This document shows positions 25,985 through 37,162 of a stretch of 64,000 nt of DNA, one piece after another. Source of the DNA: Octopus sinensis (taxonomy: Eukaryota); the NCBI RefSeq assembly GCF_006345805.1, contig NC_043006.1, forward strand, positions 28,024,001-28,088,000, read 5' to 3'. Within the stretch, counting starts at the first letter, position 1. Each line of letters opens with the position of its first letter. The notes beneath the pieces were generated by a model, which saw nothing but the letters and a program-made list of their open reading frames with translations, was not told the DNA's origin and made no database searches. The position numbers were made by a program, and so were the translations under genes.

Positions 25985-27478
25985 GTCCCACTGAGAAGAG
26001 GTGGGTCAGCCAGGGCAGCGGCCCAAGGCCCATGAGTTTAAGCAGCCCACAAACCGGACGAAGAAAAAAATACGTGGGTGTACCGTAAATAAATTTAAAA
26101 GATACGAAAAAAGTAAATGAAAGAAACTTGTCAACGAATTCCCTGGGTCTACGTCTAATGAATGGGCCTAAGTCCTGCAGGGACGTTAATTATGGAAAAA
26201 GGAACTTAACGTGCAGTGAGCACACCTGTTCACCCTCAGCGTATCATCATGGAGCGCCTCACAAGTGGTGACTTCCCCCTCCGCAAAAAGCGAAATAGGA
26301 GCCGTTCCAACTTGATCATCCACAACTTGGGTCAGGGCACGACTGTTAGGCAGTAGATTATCACAGATGCTATAAATACTTGTGCAGCCTCCGCCCTCCC
26401 TAGCAAGGATAACGTTCTCCCAGACCAGATCTGGGTTAGGGCAGTCACCCTGCTTGTGACCTCGCTCCAGTTTTCCTCCATCTTGAGATCTGGCCCAAAC
26501 CAGACTCCGAACAGTTTAACTGGGCCCTCCGTCCTACGACGCTGTTGGGAGGCATCAACTTGCCTCTTCAGGTGCCGAGTTGCAAGCCGACTGATTTTTC
26601 CTGGTACAGCTTCGTATCTTTTGATGGTGTCTTCTACATGAGGTAGCTGCCCTTCATCAGACACGATGAAGGTGACATCATCCGCATACACCGTCGCTCC
26701 TCTACAGTAACATAGATCACGCGGATCAAGAGCCACTACATACAGACGCGAGGAAAGGGGGAAACCCTGGGATACTGAACGCTCGATCGCGAATGGTTTC
26801 GAGAAGCCGTTCACCCGGACAATGGACTCGATGTCTCTATACATAGCATTGATCCAGCCACAGAAAGTCGGGCCCAGTCCGACCGCCCGGAGGACCGCCG
26901 CCAGTTACCGATGGTCAACCTTATCGAATGCCTTAGACTGGTCTAAATTCACCAATGCCCCACCCTTGCCAGGAACTTTACTAACCCGCTCTATGGTGTA
27001 GCGAATGAGGTGAAGATTGTCATGTATCGTCCTTCCTGGGATGGCGCATGTCTGCGCCTCTCCCACCAGGTCGCCCACGACAAGCCTCACTCTCTTGGCT
27101 AACACCTTGGCCAAAATTTTAAACTCTGTGTTTAGCAGAGTTATGGGCCTGAAATTATTAATAATATCCCCCTTGTTTGGGTCCTTCTTGGTCAGTGTTA
27201 CCACTCCCCGGCTCACAGATTTGGGAATTCTCCCATTCTGCTGCCAGTTTGCGTAAAAACCGGCCAGTATGTTCCCGAAGAAGTCTGGCATATTTTTATA
27301 AAATTCGTACGGTAGACCATCCAATCCCAGCGATTTGTCCCCCGGGCACTCGGAAAGCACCTCTATAACCTTCGCAGCTGTGATTAGCCCTGCACAACGC
27401 TCAACCTCTCGTGCCGAGATACGCGGGCCGCCGGTCAGGAAGTCCTGAAGGGCATTCCCATGGTCCAACGCTCTGTCC
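25985..27478 (-). mobile_element. 5'-truncated Tx1/L1-clade LINE reverse transcriptase fragment
   Basis: GLDGLPYEFYK, NFRPITLLNTEFKILAKVLAKR, LDQSKAFDKVDH, QGFPLS, YADD, LSLLGR; GC-rich; one stop and internal deletions; both ends abut CA/TA microsatellites. Confidence 0.88.
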
Positions 27479-27479
27479 C

Positions 27480-27536
27480 TCATACATACATCGATATATA
27501 CATATACACATACATATATACACACATCTATATATG

Positions 27537-27629
<93 letters not shown>

Positions 27630-27730
27630 TACGTATTTATATACATCTATGTTTATATATGTGTGTATGTATATGTACAGCTATGTATGTGTATATACAT
27701 ATATAGATCTATGTATATATATATAATTAT
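27480..27730. repeat. (TA)n-rich microsatellite
   Basis: Direct inspection. Confidence 0.95.
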
Positions 27731-27773
27731 AAGCACCTGTGTATACCGTTTGGTGGTGTAGGTGGTGGAGTAA

Positions 27774-27883
27774 ATTGATCAAAATAAAAATAAAAATAAA
27801 AACATGAGGCGAAGGATTCAGCGGTACATATGTACCGCTGAATCCTTCGCCTCATGTTTTTATTTTTATTTTTATTTTGATCA

Positions 27884-27885
<2 letters not shown>
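27774..27885. repeat. Perfect 112-bp spacer-less palindrome
   Basis: 56-bp arms centred on GTACAT|ATGTAC (27829/27830), checked base by base; followed by (TA)n. Confidence 0.95.
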
Positions 27886-27917
<32 letters not shown>

Positions 27918-29579
27918 TATATATATACACATACAAAACGTATGAGGAAACAAAGTCGAGATGCGTGTAATATCCATTCTCCTAGTTGTTCAAATCAAGT
28001 TCCAATGTAATCGCAATCTGTACTATCTGAAAGGCATTTGTAGAAAATTTCATGAAAAATCTACTTCTCAAAACGTCATGATGCAACAAAGTCGCGGGCA
28101 CACTTCTGTTGTTAGGAATATTCATCCTACGGATTACCGTTCTACTCAGTTTCCTGCAGATGACTCTTTGCAGATGTTCAAACTGAGCAACAACCGTTTC
28201 GGTCTGATCTGACCTGGAGAGTCTGCGAAGGTAATGAGCATTGGGTTTCTAAAATAAATAAATAAACGGACCTGCTGCATCTGATAAAATACAATTGTAT
28301 TGTAAGCTAAAGGGAGAGCTCAAGTGGGTGGGTCTACCTATGGAAATAACAGCCAAATATCTTTAAAACCACATTCTGCTGTGATAGACAAGATAAGATA
28401 CATTAGATAATATGGTTCTGGATATATTACTTCTAAAAATAAGATATGAAGGCTGGATTATCGAGGTAGACCAAAGGCGTAATAGTGACCAGCAACAATT
28501 ATTGAAGAATGAAGGGGAATAACTCCGTTACGATTTGTAGTCACATGACTTGAATGAGTCCTAAGTTCTTTGGAATATTTAGTGATGTAGAGGCGTTCAT
28601 TAAGCAACAAATGTTCTGTTTTATTATTATAAATGGTGACAATGTATAAAGTATGAGTGGTATTTGTAACGGATCAAGGTATGGAAAATTATTTCTTCAT
28701 TACTGAATTGTATGCCAGATTTCTCTCCTCGGGTATGGGTATGTTATTGTTAATGGTTCAGTATTTGCCAAACACTCGTCGCCAAGTATTAACCTAGAAT
28801 CTTTTAAATTTAATTAATTGTATTGAACAATAGTTTAAAAAAGTCAATTATACGTAATCATTCAACTGTTAATAAATTTAGAGCTATTTTAATATCAGTT
28901 GAAGTAAGAACGACACGTTACGTATATCCTGGCCAAAATGTAAACACGGTTCACATTAGAATTACTTTTTATATTTTCCAGAAACATCACCAAGCGTATT
29001 GAGCATTGAGTTAAAATTTTATTCATTTTCATTCTGTATACTATAATATATAATTATATAAGCTATAATTTAATATAATTATATAAGCTATAATTTAATA
29101 TAATTATATAAGTTGATTCTAGGACATTTTTAAAATCGTATTAGAATTACCTCGTTAAAGAAAACTAGGTCTTAGGATCTGCTTTTATTACATTTCTGGT
29201 AATAAAATTAATTTTTCTGTAAGTTTTACTTTAACAACTGTTTAATTACAGTCAGTACGATGAAGCCACTAGGTAAACTATCGACTTACTTGAAAGAACA
29301 GTTAAATTACATTAAGTCAAACATTGTCTCTTAAAAAAATGAAGATTGGACGATGTTAAAAAACGGGATGGTCAATGGCTTTTATCATCTTTGATATGCT
29401 CGAACAGGGCTGACTTGGGTCTCAACAACAATAGAAAAGTGTTGACCATCTCACCCTATGTTCAGAAGCAAAGTAATAGGTTAATTTACAATATATATAT
29501 ATTTTTTCGATTACTTTCGATTAAGCGGATTATTACATTTTAATTATATTTACCATTGTTTAAATTATTAAATATATAT

Positions 29580-29660
29580 TTCCGTTGCACAAAGGTTGAA
29601 GCTAAAGTTGATGTGTCAAGAGGTTTAGAGCAGGAAGGACATCCGACTATAGAAAGATTG
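29580..29660 (+). promoter_or_regulatory. Candidate TSS and non-coding first exon of BLOC1S6
   Basis: ETS-like TTTCCG at ~29579, donor-like TTG|GTAAAT at 29660, near the right edge of the CpG-rich zone. The ATG exon at 35415 has an acceptor and an upstream in-frame stop, so a non-coding first exon is required. Confidence 0.3.
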
Positions 29661-31270
29661 GTAAATTTCAGGGTATTTGATTCCACGCAAAAAAAAATCA
29701 GTTTTTTTTTTCTTAGTGAAAATCGTGCGGGTGAAAGGATCAAATAATACCGAAAGGGTAAAGATGAAAACGACGTATATTTTTCGCTTTTACAACTCAT
29801 CTCTTCGAATTCCTGTGATTGTATTCCATAGAAACTTCATGCAACATTCATCTCAGTTTAGCAGGAGAAAAATGGAAATATTAAGTGCATTGTTATTACT
29901 ATCTTTATTGTTTAGCCCCAGGTCAGCTCTCATCTAACAGATTTGTGATTAAACATATTTCCTGTGACCACGTCTATTTTTCAACCATAGTGTATCTAAG
30001 ACTACACTATTAGATATATTTTCCTTTTTTTTTTTAACGGTAGGTTGTGGTTTGAAGGCGACTTTGGTTGCTATTTCTAGCAAGTCAAACGAAAATGCAG
30101 AAGCTCTTTGTTGGATTGAGTGATTACAATGATGTTTGTTATTTTAAAGAGTTAAAAATTGTTCCTGGTAGGTATGGGTGGCGGTGAGTTAATAGTGAAG
30201 TGATAGAATGACAAACAAATGATCAAATATTTCTTAAGTAAGGTTTCAGTGTTACATTCCAGTTTTAAGAAACTTGGTTAATCTTTATTTCCTTGTGGCA
30301 ATTGATGAAATATCAATAATATATTGGAATTAAAGGTCGAAATTTGGAGATTTTTTTTATTGATATCTCTGAAGAAAACTGTAAGGGAATAAGGTGACAT
30401 ATCAGTACTGTGCTTAAGCAGATAAAATTTTAAGCTTTTAGGGAAGGCAAAATAATTTGTTGTAATATATTTGTACATTTGTCAAGAGGATTTGCAATGT
30501 ATTCAAAATGAAGCAGTAGTATTTTAAAATTAAATTGTTTAATTTTAGTTTACACTGAACTTACTATAACACAAAGGCATTCACCATTCCATTTGCTATA
30601 ATCAAATGAAATATCTAATTGATTCCACTCTTCAGGAAACCATTTTATTTTCTTATTATTTCAACTATATTTGCATAAAATAACAATATTCAACATTAAT
30701 GCAACTTTACATTAAACAATCAATTTTAATTTTTGATAGCAATTCTCCCTAAGCTATCAGTTTTATGCTTTTCTTCATTTCGCAATGGCGTATATTAATA
30801 AATTATCTTGGATGGTATTGATTTCTCACAAAGATACAAGTTCTTGTATTCACAGAGTTGAGAGAGTTGAAACAGTATGTAGCATGTGATATGCATTTGC
30901 TTCTATTGATTTTTGAACTAGCATGGACCTATAATAATTTGCTTTCACTAAGAATAAATTCAGTAAGGATTCCTTCTTGGAATCAGACTTGTATTGAGAT
31001 GGGCTATCATCAGAGCCTTTTTGCTTTCTTATTCGTTTTTCCATGCTAGTATAGGTTAGATGAATTATGTTAGTCAGGCATTATTTTATAGTTGGATGTC
31101 CTTGTTGCCAACCCTTACCCGTTTTTCTAGTAAGGAATCTTTTATTCCTATACAGCTTCCAAGGTAAGAAGTGATCAGATTTGTTGACAGGGTAACTAAC
31201 AACACTACCAGTTGTAGGTTGTACATTACAATGCAAATGTAGACAAACAGGCCCACATGTGACACACATA

Positions 31271-31271
31271 C

Positions 31272-31362
<91 letters not shown>
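31271..31362. repeat. (TC)n(TA)n compound microsatellite
   Basis: Direct inspection. Confidence 0.95.
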
Positions 31363-31366
<4 letters not shown>

Positions 31367-31539
31367 AACCTGGGTTCTCATTCCTATGGTATTTTTTGAT
31401 GTTATTATTATCATTATTATTCAGGTCACTGCCTGGAATTGAACTTGGAATTTTGGAGTTAGTAGCCTGCGCTCTTAACCATTACATCATATGCCCCTGG
31501 GCAATTATGGAGTGGATTATAGGGCTTATAAATCTAATA

Positions 31540-32207
31540 TTTTCCTATCCTTCCTTAATACCGGTTCCCATATGCTATTCATTATCTACACTCAATCTGC
31601 TTAAGAGGTTGTTGTGTCCTAGCATATGTGCTGCTTCTTTTAATTTTCGTATTTTCCAATGGTGCTCTCTGTCTATTATTTTAACTTCATCCCACAGGGG
31701 GTGGTGGTCTCCATTTTTCCATACATTTTCCATACCCAATTTATCAGTATCTCCTCATGTCACAGCTTTGCGATGTTCCTCTATCCTTATTTTGAGGGGG
31801 CTGCATGTTTCACCTTTGTATAATCTACCATAGCTGCATGGGATGGAGTACACACAGTTTTTGGTCATATTCTCTACTATTGGTGGTTTTACCTGAAGGA
31901 GATATTTGCGAAGTGTTGTATTATTCTTGAATACTGTCCCGATGTCATATGGGCTGCATATCTTTTGTATCTTTTCAGAGAGGCCTTTCACATAGGGTAG
32001 ACAGACTGTGGACAGTTTATTGGTTTCATCCTCTCTTTTCTTCATAATTGGAGTGGATAGTATGTTTTGGGGGTAGTTGTTGCTTAATAGATTGTTACTG
32101 AGCTTGACCATTTCTTCATGGTGTGTATCGCGATTGCTACTTATATTCTTTGCTTGATGTTTTAGGCACTGAGCAATCCCTCTCTTTACACTGTATGGAT
32201 GGTGGGA
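31540..32207 (-). mobile_element. Penelope-like element, 3' half (thumb + GIY-YIG endonuclease)
   Basis: SHHPYSVKRG...LPYVKGLSEKI...NCVYSIPC...YKGET...RIEEH (GIY-YIG of PLEs). Confidence 0.88.
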
Positions 32208-32800
32208 TGTGATAAGTCTGTTCAGCAAAGTCCCACCTGGTGAAGCACTATCGGTAATTCAAGAAAATCTAGTGACAAACACCCATCTAAAAGAACGCAC
32301 TAGTACACCAATAGGAAACTTGTTGGAAATGTTGACCTTCTTTATAGAAACTACCTACTTCAGTATGGTCACTGATATATATTGACAAGAAGAGGGTTTA
32401 GCTATGGGTTCGCCATTATCATCGATAATAGCCAATATATACGTGGAATACTTTGAGAATTTGGCTTTAGGATCAACACCACTAAAACCAACCCTATGGC
32501 TGTGATATGTTGATGACACCTTTATACTCTGGCCCCACCAGGAAGATGTCCAAGATCATGTGAACTCAATAAAGCCATCCATACAGTTCACAATGGAAAA
32601 GGAAATAGACAATCAGCTGGCATTCCTGGACGTATTAATAACACACACGAAATATGGATGCAGGACATCTGTATACCACAAACCGACCTTCACTGGGAGA
32701 TACCTCAACTTCAACTCCCACCATCCATACAGTGTAAGGAGAGGGACTGCTCAATGTCTAAAACATTGAACAAAGAATATAAGTAGCAATCGTGATACAC
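32206..32800 (+). mobile_element. Penelope-like element, RT segment inverted relative to the 3' half
   Basis: DVISLFSKVP, GLAMGSPLSSIIANIYVEYFE, YVDDTF, IQFTMEKE...LAFLDV, VYHKPTFTGRYLNFNSHHP. Confidence 0.88.
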
Positions 32801-34055
32801 ACCATGTAATACAATAAAAAAACTAAAGTATTTTAAATTTACCAATACATACAATTTGGTGATATTTACATTGCTAATAGCCATTCCCCAGTGCTGTACT
32901 TTATTTATGAATGCATTTTCAATAAGACACGGTTAATAAAAAACCTATTTTAAGCTTACAAACAAATAATTATTATTTAGTTATAAAGTAAAAAAAAAAA
33001 GTATTTTAAATTTACCAATACATGAAATTTGGTGGTGTTTACATTGTAGATGGGTGAGGATCCTCAACATCAACAGTTGATTCTGGCAGTTCTTGTCGTT
33101 CAGTGCGTTTAAAAAACTGATCAAGAGTGCCTTGAACTGTCTTCTTTTTGTTGAGGATTATGTTATAAAGAGCAGAAGCTTCGTGACAAGCCTCCATATT
33201 CTTGAAAAAGTGTTGAGCATTTGGATCCATATCTTCAAACATAGCAAGACATTTTTCAGTGTGTGCAAATGTTTGCTGCATTTTCTTCATGGTGAAGTGG
33301 TGTGGCTCAGGCTCGACTTGCTCTTCTTCTTTATTTTGTTGCTCATTTTCTTCGATGATCTTTGCTGTTGCAGGAAATTCCATTGCTGCGTGTTTGTCAG
33401 CTGATGCGCTTTCACTTTGCTTCTTAAAGAAGTGATAACTTTTCTGGTTTTTAAATCTTACAAACCATCCTTGACTTGCCTTGAACTCTACATCTTTCTC
33501 ATCTTGATATTTTTTCTTCAGGTCCTCAAAGACAATGCTTTCTTCTGAACAATTTCTTGACTAAGAGTAGCATTTTGACGATTCTGCCTATCAATCCAAA
33601 TAGATAGAAGACTTTCCATTTCTTCAAAGATTTTGCCTCTTGTTAATGACAATGTTCTTCAGTTCTGGGGTGTCAGACATGATATGTGTTAAAATCTTGT
33701 CCAACTCATCCCAAAAAATTATGCAATCACTACTACTTTTTCATCTTTACCATGACGTTTTATCATCACCAACTTATCCTCCAGTGTTATAGCATGACAC
33801 TTAGCACTTTCACCAGGACTTTTCTTAGGAGGAATGGGGGCAAAAATTTAAGTTGCAAATGGATGTAAATGAGAGAATCTAAATGATAAACAGATGAAAA
33901 TAAATCTGAATTCAATACAATTGTGGGAATCAGGACGATGCCTATGGTAGATATTGGAGCTACCAGTTCAATATGAGCTCTGAAAGATAAATAAAACAAT
34001 ACAGCTGATTTCATGCTTTAGTGAATTAGGGTGCACTACTTTATGATGTGTATTT
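32800..34055 (-). mobile_element. Internally deleted Tigger/pogo-type transposon
   Basis: CENP-B-type HTH (MESLLSIWID...QKKALSL...FKASQGWFVRFK...ESASAD) joined directly to the C-terminal MDPN...KKKTVQGTLDQFF; TACAGTA-type end at ~34055; left end uncertain. Confidence 0.72.
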
Positions 34056-34337
34056 TAGCATTTACTGTATTTTAATAGGATTGTATAAGCTTTTATTTTT
34101 ATTTATTGTAACATGATTTTATGTGCTTTTAATGTTTTTTAGCGATTTTTTTATGATTCCAGTATTACTGGCGGACTGATGTAAAGTTGAGTAAAACAAC
34201 TTAACTTGATTTTTATTTTGCCATATATTATTTTAGAAAGCTGTCGTATCTTCGAGAACGACTTAAGCCATGCTATCCCTGTATATATATAAATATATAT
34301 ATCTTTAGTTTGTAGAAAACATAAATCTGGAGAAGAA

Positions 34338-34556
34338 GTACACTCTAATTGGGAAGGCCAGTTTATGGGATTATCCTGGGTTTCCTGTCCATAAAGGGTT
34401 TAGCTTTATGCCATATTGTTAGACCCCAAAACCTGTTGGTTGAAGAGGTCTTAGGCCAGCAGGTTTTGGGGTTTCACAATATTCCAAAAAGCTAAACCCT
34501 TAATGGACAGGAAACCCAGGGTAATCCCATAAAATGACTTTCCCTATTAATGTATA
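34338..34556. mobile_element. Foldback MITE-like element (~100-bp imperfect arms)
   Basis: ATGGGATTATCCTGGGTTTCCTGTCCAT...GGGTTTAGCTTT...CCCCAAAACCTG versus CAGGTTTTGGGG...AAAGCTAAACCC...ATGGACAGGAAACCCAGGGTAATCCCAT. Confidence 0.8.
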
Positions 34557-35465
34557 TATGCCTACATAACAGCCTACTAGCAAATGTATGTATATTCTGT
34601 GGATATTGTGGTATCACTACCTCCTATGTATATTTCCTCATAAATGAAACTTGTTCCATACTAAATAGTTTCATTTATGAGGATGTACTCTTGTATTTGT
34701 CTGAGTGATAGGTCTGTCAGATGCTTGGATAAATGCATAGATAGGTGCATAGGTAATATGGACAGACAAGACACACATACATACAAAAAAGGAGATGGAA
34801 GCACATGATCATATACATACACACTCCACACATATGCATACACACAAAGACACATATGACGACCCACATCCATACATAATTGATGCATGTACATAGTCAC
34901 TCAAATCCATACGCATAGATACATTCAAACCTGCACACACAAGGAGACCTGAATACACACATACATACAAACATGCACACACAAACACATGAATATGCAG
35001 AATACATACATACACACACATATGTACACACATGCAAACATACTTATATGCATACACACACACACACACACATGTGTATATACACAAGTAGACAAAAATG
35101 AATGCAGCTCCAATAACAGAGTCAGCATCCATTGACAAGGTTGCAAAAGCAACGAAAATTTTGGAAGAAAAAATATAAATAATAAATGAGAGGAAATCGA
35201 ATCAGTGGGTGGGTTAGATAAGGCATTAAGACAATATGATTCTCTCCAGACACAACATGATTTAATAAAGTTTCACATTTGATAAAGATATAAGATGATG
35301 TACTCTATTCAGATTTAAAATAATTAAAAAGCAGGAAATATGACTAAATATTGGAAAGTTAAGAATCCTGACTAAAGAAAAAAAAAATTATTTAACCCTT
35401 TTTTTTATTTACAGTACCTTGCTTAAAGATTGATTCTCAGGGAAGCTACTACAAGAGCTCTAGCT

Positions 35466-35630
35466 ATGGATTTACCATCTAGTTGCAATGACAGTAAAGA
35501 CTTCAAGTCTAAAAGCAAAGACAGTGAAGATGACACCACTTGTATAACTTCAGATGACAAGGATGATGCCATTTCCATGAGTGCAGATGGTGAGGCTGGC
35601 ACTGTTTCCACCAGAACAGATGATGAAGAG
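35466..35630 (+). CDS. BLOC1S6: BLOC1S6 (pallidin) first coding exon (exon starts at 35415)
   Basis: tacag acceptor at 35414, in-frame TAA upstream of ATG 35466; acidic MDLPSSCND...TDDEE then GAG|gtaatg; phase 0 fits the next exon. The N-terminus is divergent, so assignment rests on splice continuity. Confidence 0.72.
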
Positions 35631-35854
35631 GTAATGAGAACTATCCTTCTTTCTATTGCCCTTACTGCTAGTACTAAGATTGGTTTTGTAATTGGTGTTA
35701 TTGATGATGATAATGATGATGATGCTTGAGTAGTGTGGTTATCCGGGTTCAGTTCCATTGCGTGGCACCTTGGGCAAGTGTCTCCTACTATAGCCTTGGG
35801 CCGATCAAAGCCTTGTGAGTGGATTTGGTAGACAGAAACTGAAAAAAGCCTGTC

Positions 35855-35901
<47 letters not shown>

Positions 35902-35992
35902 GTATATATACAAGTAAGAAAATGGAGGAACAAATTCATTTCAATCATCAACTTACAGATATTACCATTTCATATTATTTATTAATAAATAA

Positions 35993-36550
35993 TATATATA
36001 TATATACATACATATATATATAGTACAAAGTAAGATAGGGCTTATGAGGGTAACCCACTATGGGATATCAGTTATCCAATATACTGTTAGTGAAGCACCC
36101 AAATGCCAAATACATAAATGCTTATAATTGCAATGCAATTAATTCATTTATTGTATCGGATGAGCGAAGGTAAAATATTTTACCGTAAATTCATAATACA
36201 AATAAGAAAATGGAGGAACAAATTCATTTCAATCATCAACTTACAGATATTACCATTTCATATTATTTATTAATAAATAATATGAAATGGTAATATCTGT
36301 AAGTTGATGATTGAAATGAATTTGTTCCTCCATTTTCTTATTTGTATTATGAATTTACGGTAAAATATTTTACCTTCGCTCATCCGATACAATAAATGAA
36401 TTAATTGCATTGCAATTATAAGCATTTATGTATTTGGCATTTGGGTGCTTCACTAACAGTATATTGGATAACTGATATCCCATAGTGGGTTACCCTCATA
36501 AGCCCTATCTTACTTTGTACTATATATATATGTATGTATATATATATATA
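35993..36550. repeat. Perfect ~558-bp spacer-less palindrome in BLOC1S6 intron
   Basis: Arms 35993-36271 and 36272-36550 are exact reverse complements (checked by eye); flanked by (TA)n. Confidence 0.95.
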
Positions 36551-37162
36551 TATATATGGAAAACGGACGCTAAACGATGATGATGATGATATATATATAT
36601 ATACACACATGTGTGTCTGTATTTCACCCCTATCACTGCTTGGCAACAAGTATTGGTGTGTAAATTAGTGGTTCAGCAAAAGAGACCGATAGAATAAGTA
36701 CTAGGCTTAAAAAACAAGTCCTGGGGTCAATCTGTTCAACTAAAATCCTGTAAGGCAGTGTCCCAGCATGCCTGCGGTCAAATGACAAACAAATATGTTT
36801 ATGTGTGTTTGTGTCTCCAAGTCTTGACATTGTGTGAATGAGTTTCTCATTTCCAATATTTTGTGAAAACATATCTGGGCATGGGAAAATATTATGTTGT
36901 TTGGAAACAGGTGAGGATTGACGATAGGAAGGGCATCTGTCCATAGAAAATCTCCCTTACACTCTGTCTGATCCATGAAAACATGTATAGTGATGTCGAT
37001 TAAGTGACATCCTATAATTTAAGAAGCATGAGAGAAAGAGGGGTCACCATCTTGTACGTAATGACAAGAAAATAAGAATTTGTGAGACGTTTGTAATAAG
37101 TCATAACATATTTATTACTGGATGTAATTCGTTAACATATAAGGTTAATTGAAGGAAAAGCT

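Noticed and set aside
27411-27936. ORFs of 69-116 aa
   Set aside because: Microsatellite and palindrome translations.
29030-29110. 26-bp AT-rich tandem repeat (~2.7 copies)
   Set aside because: Ordinary slippage minisatellite with no further structure.
35423-35758. 111-aa antisense ORF and extension of the 35430 ORF to 35729
   Set aside because: Shadow of the BLOC1S6 coding exon; the real exon ends at the 35630 donor, which matches the phase of the next exon.
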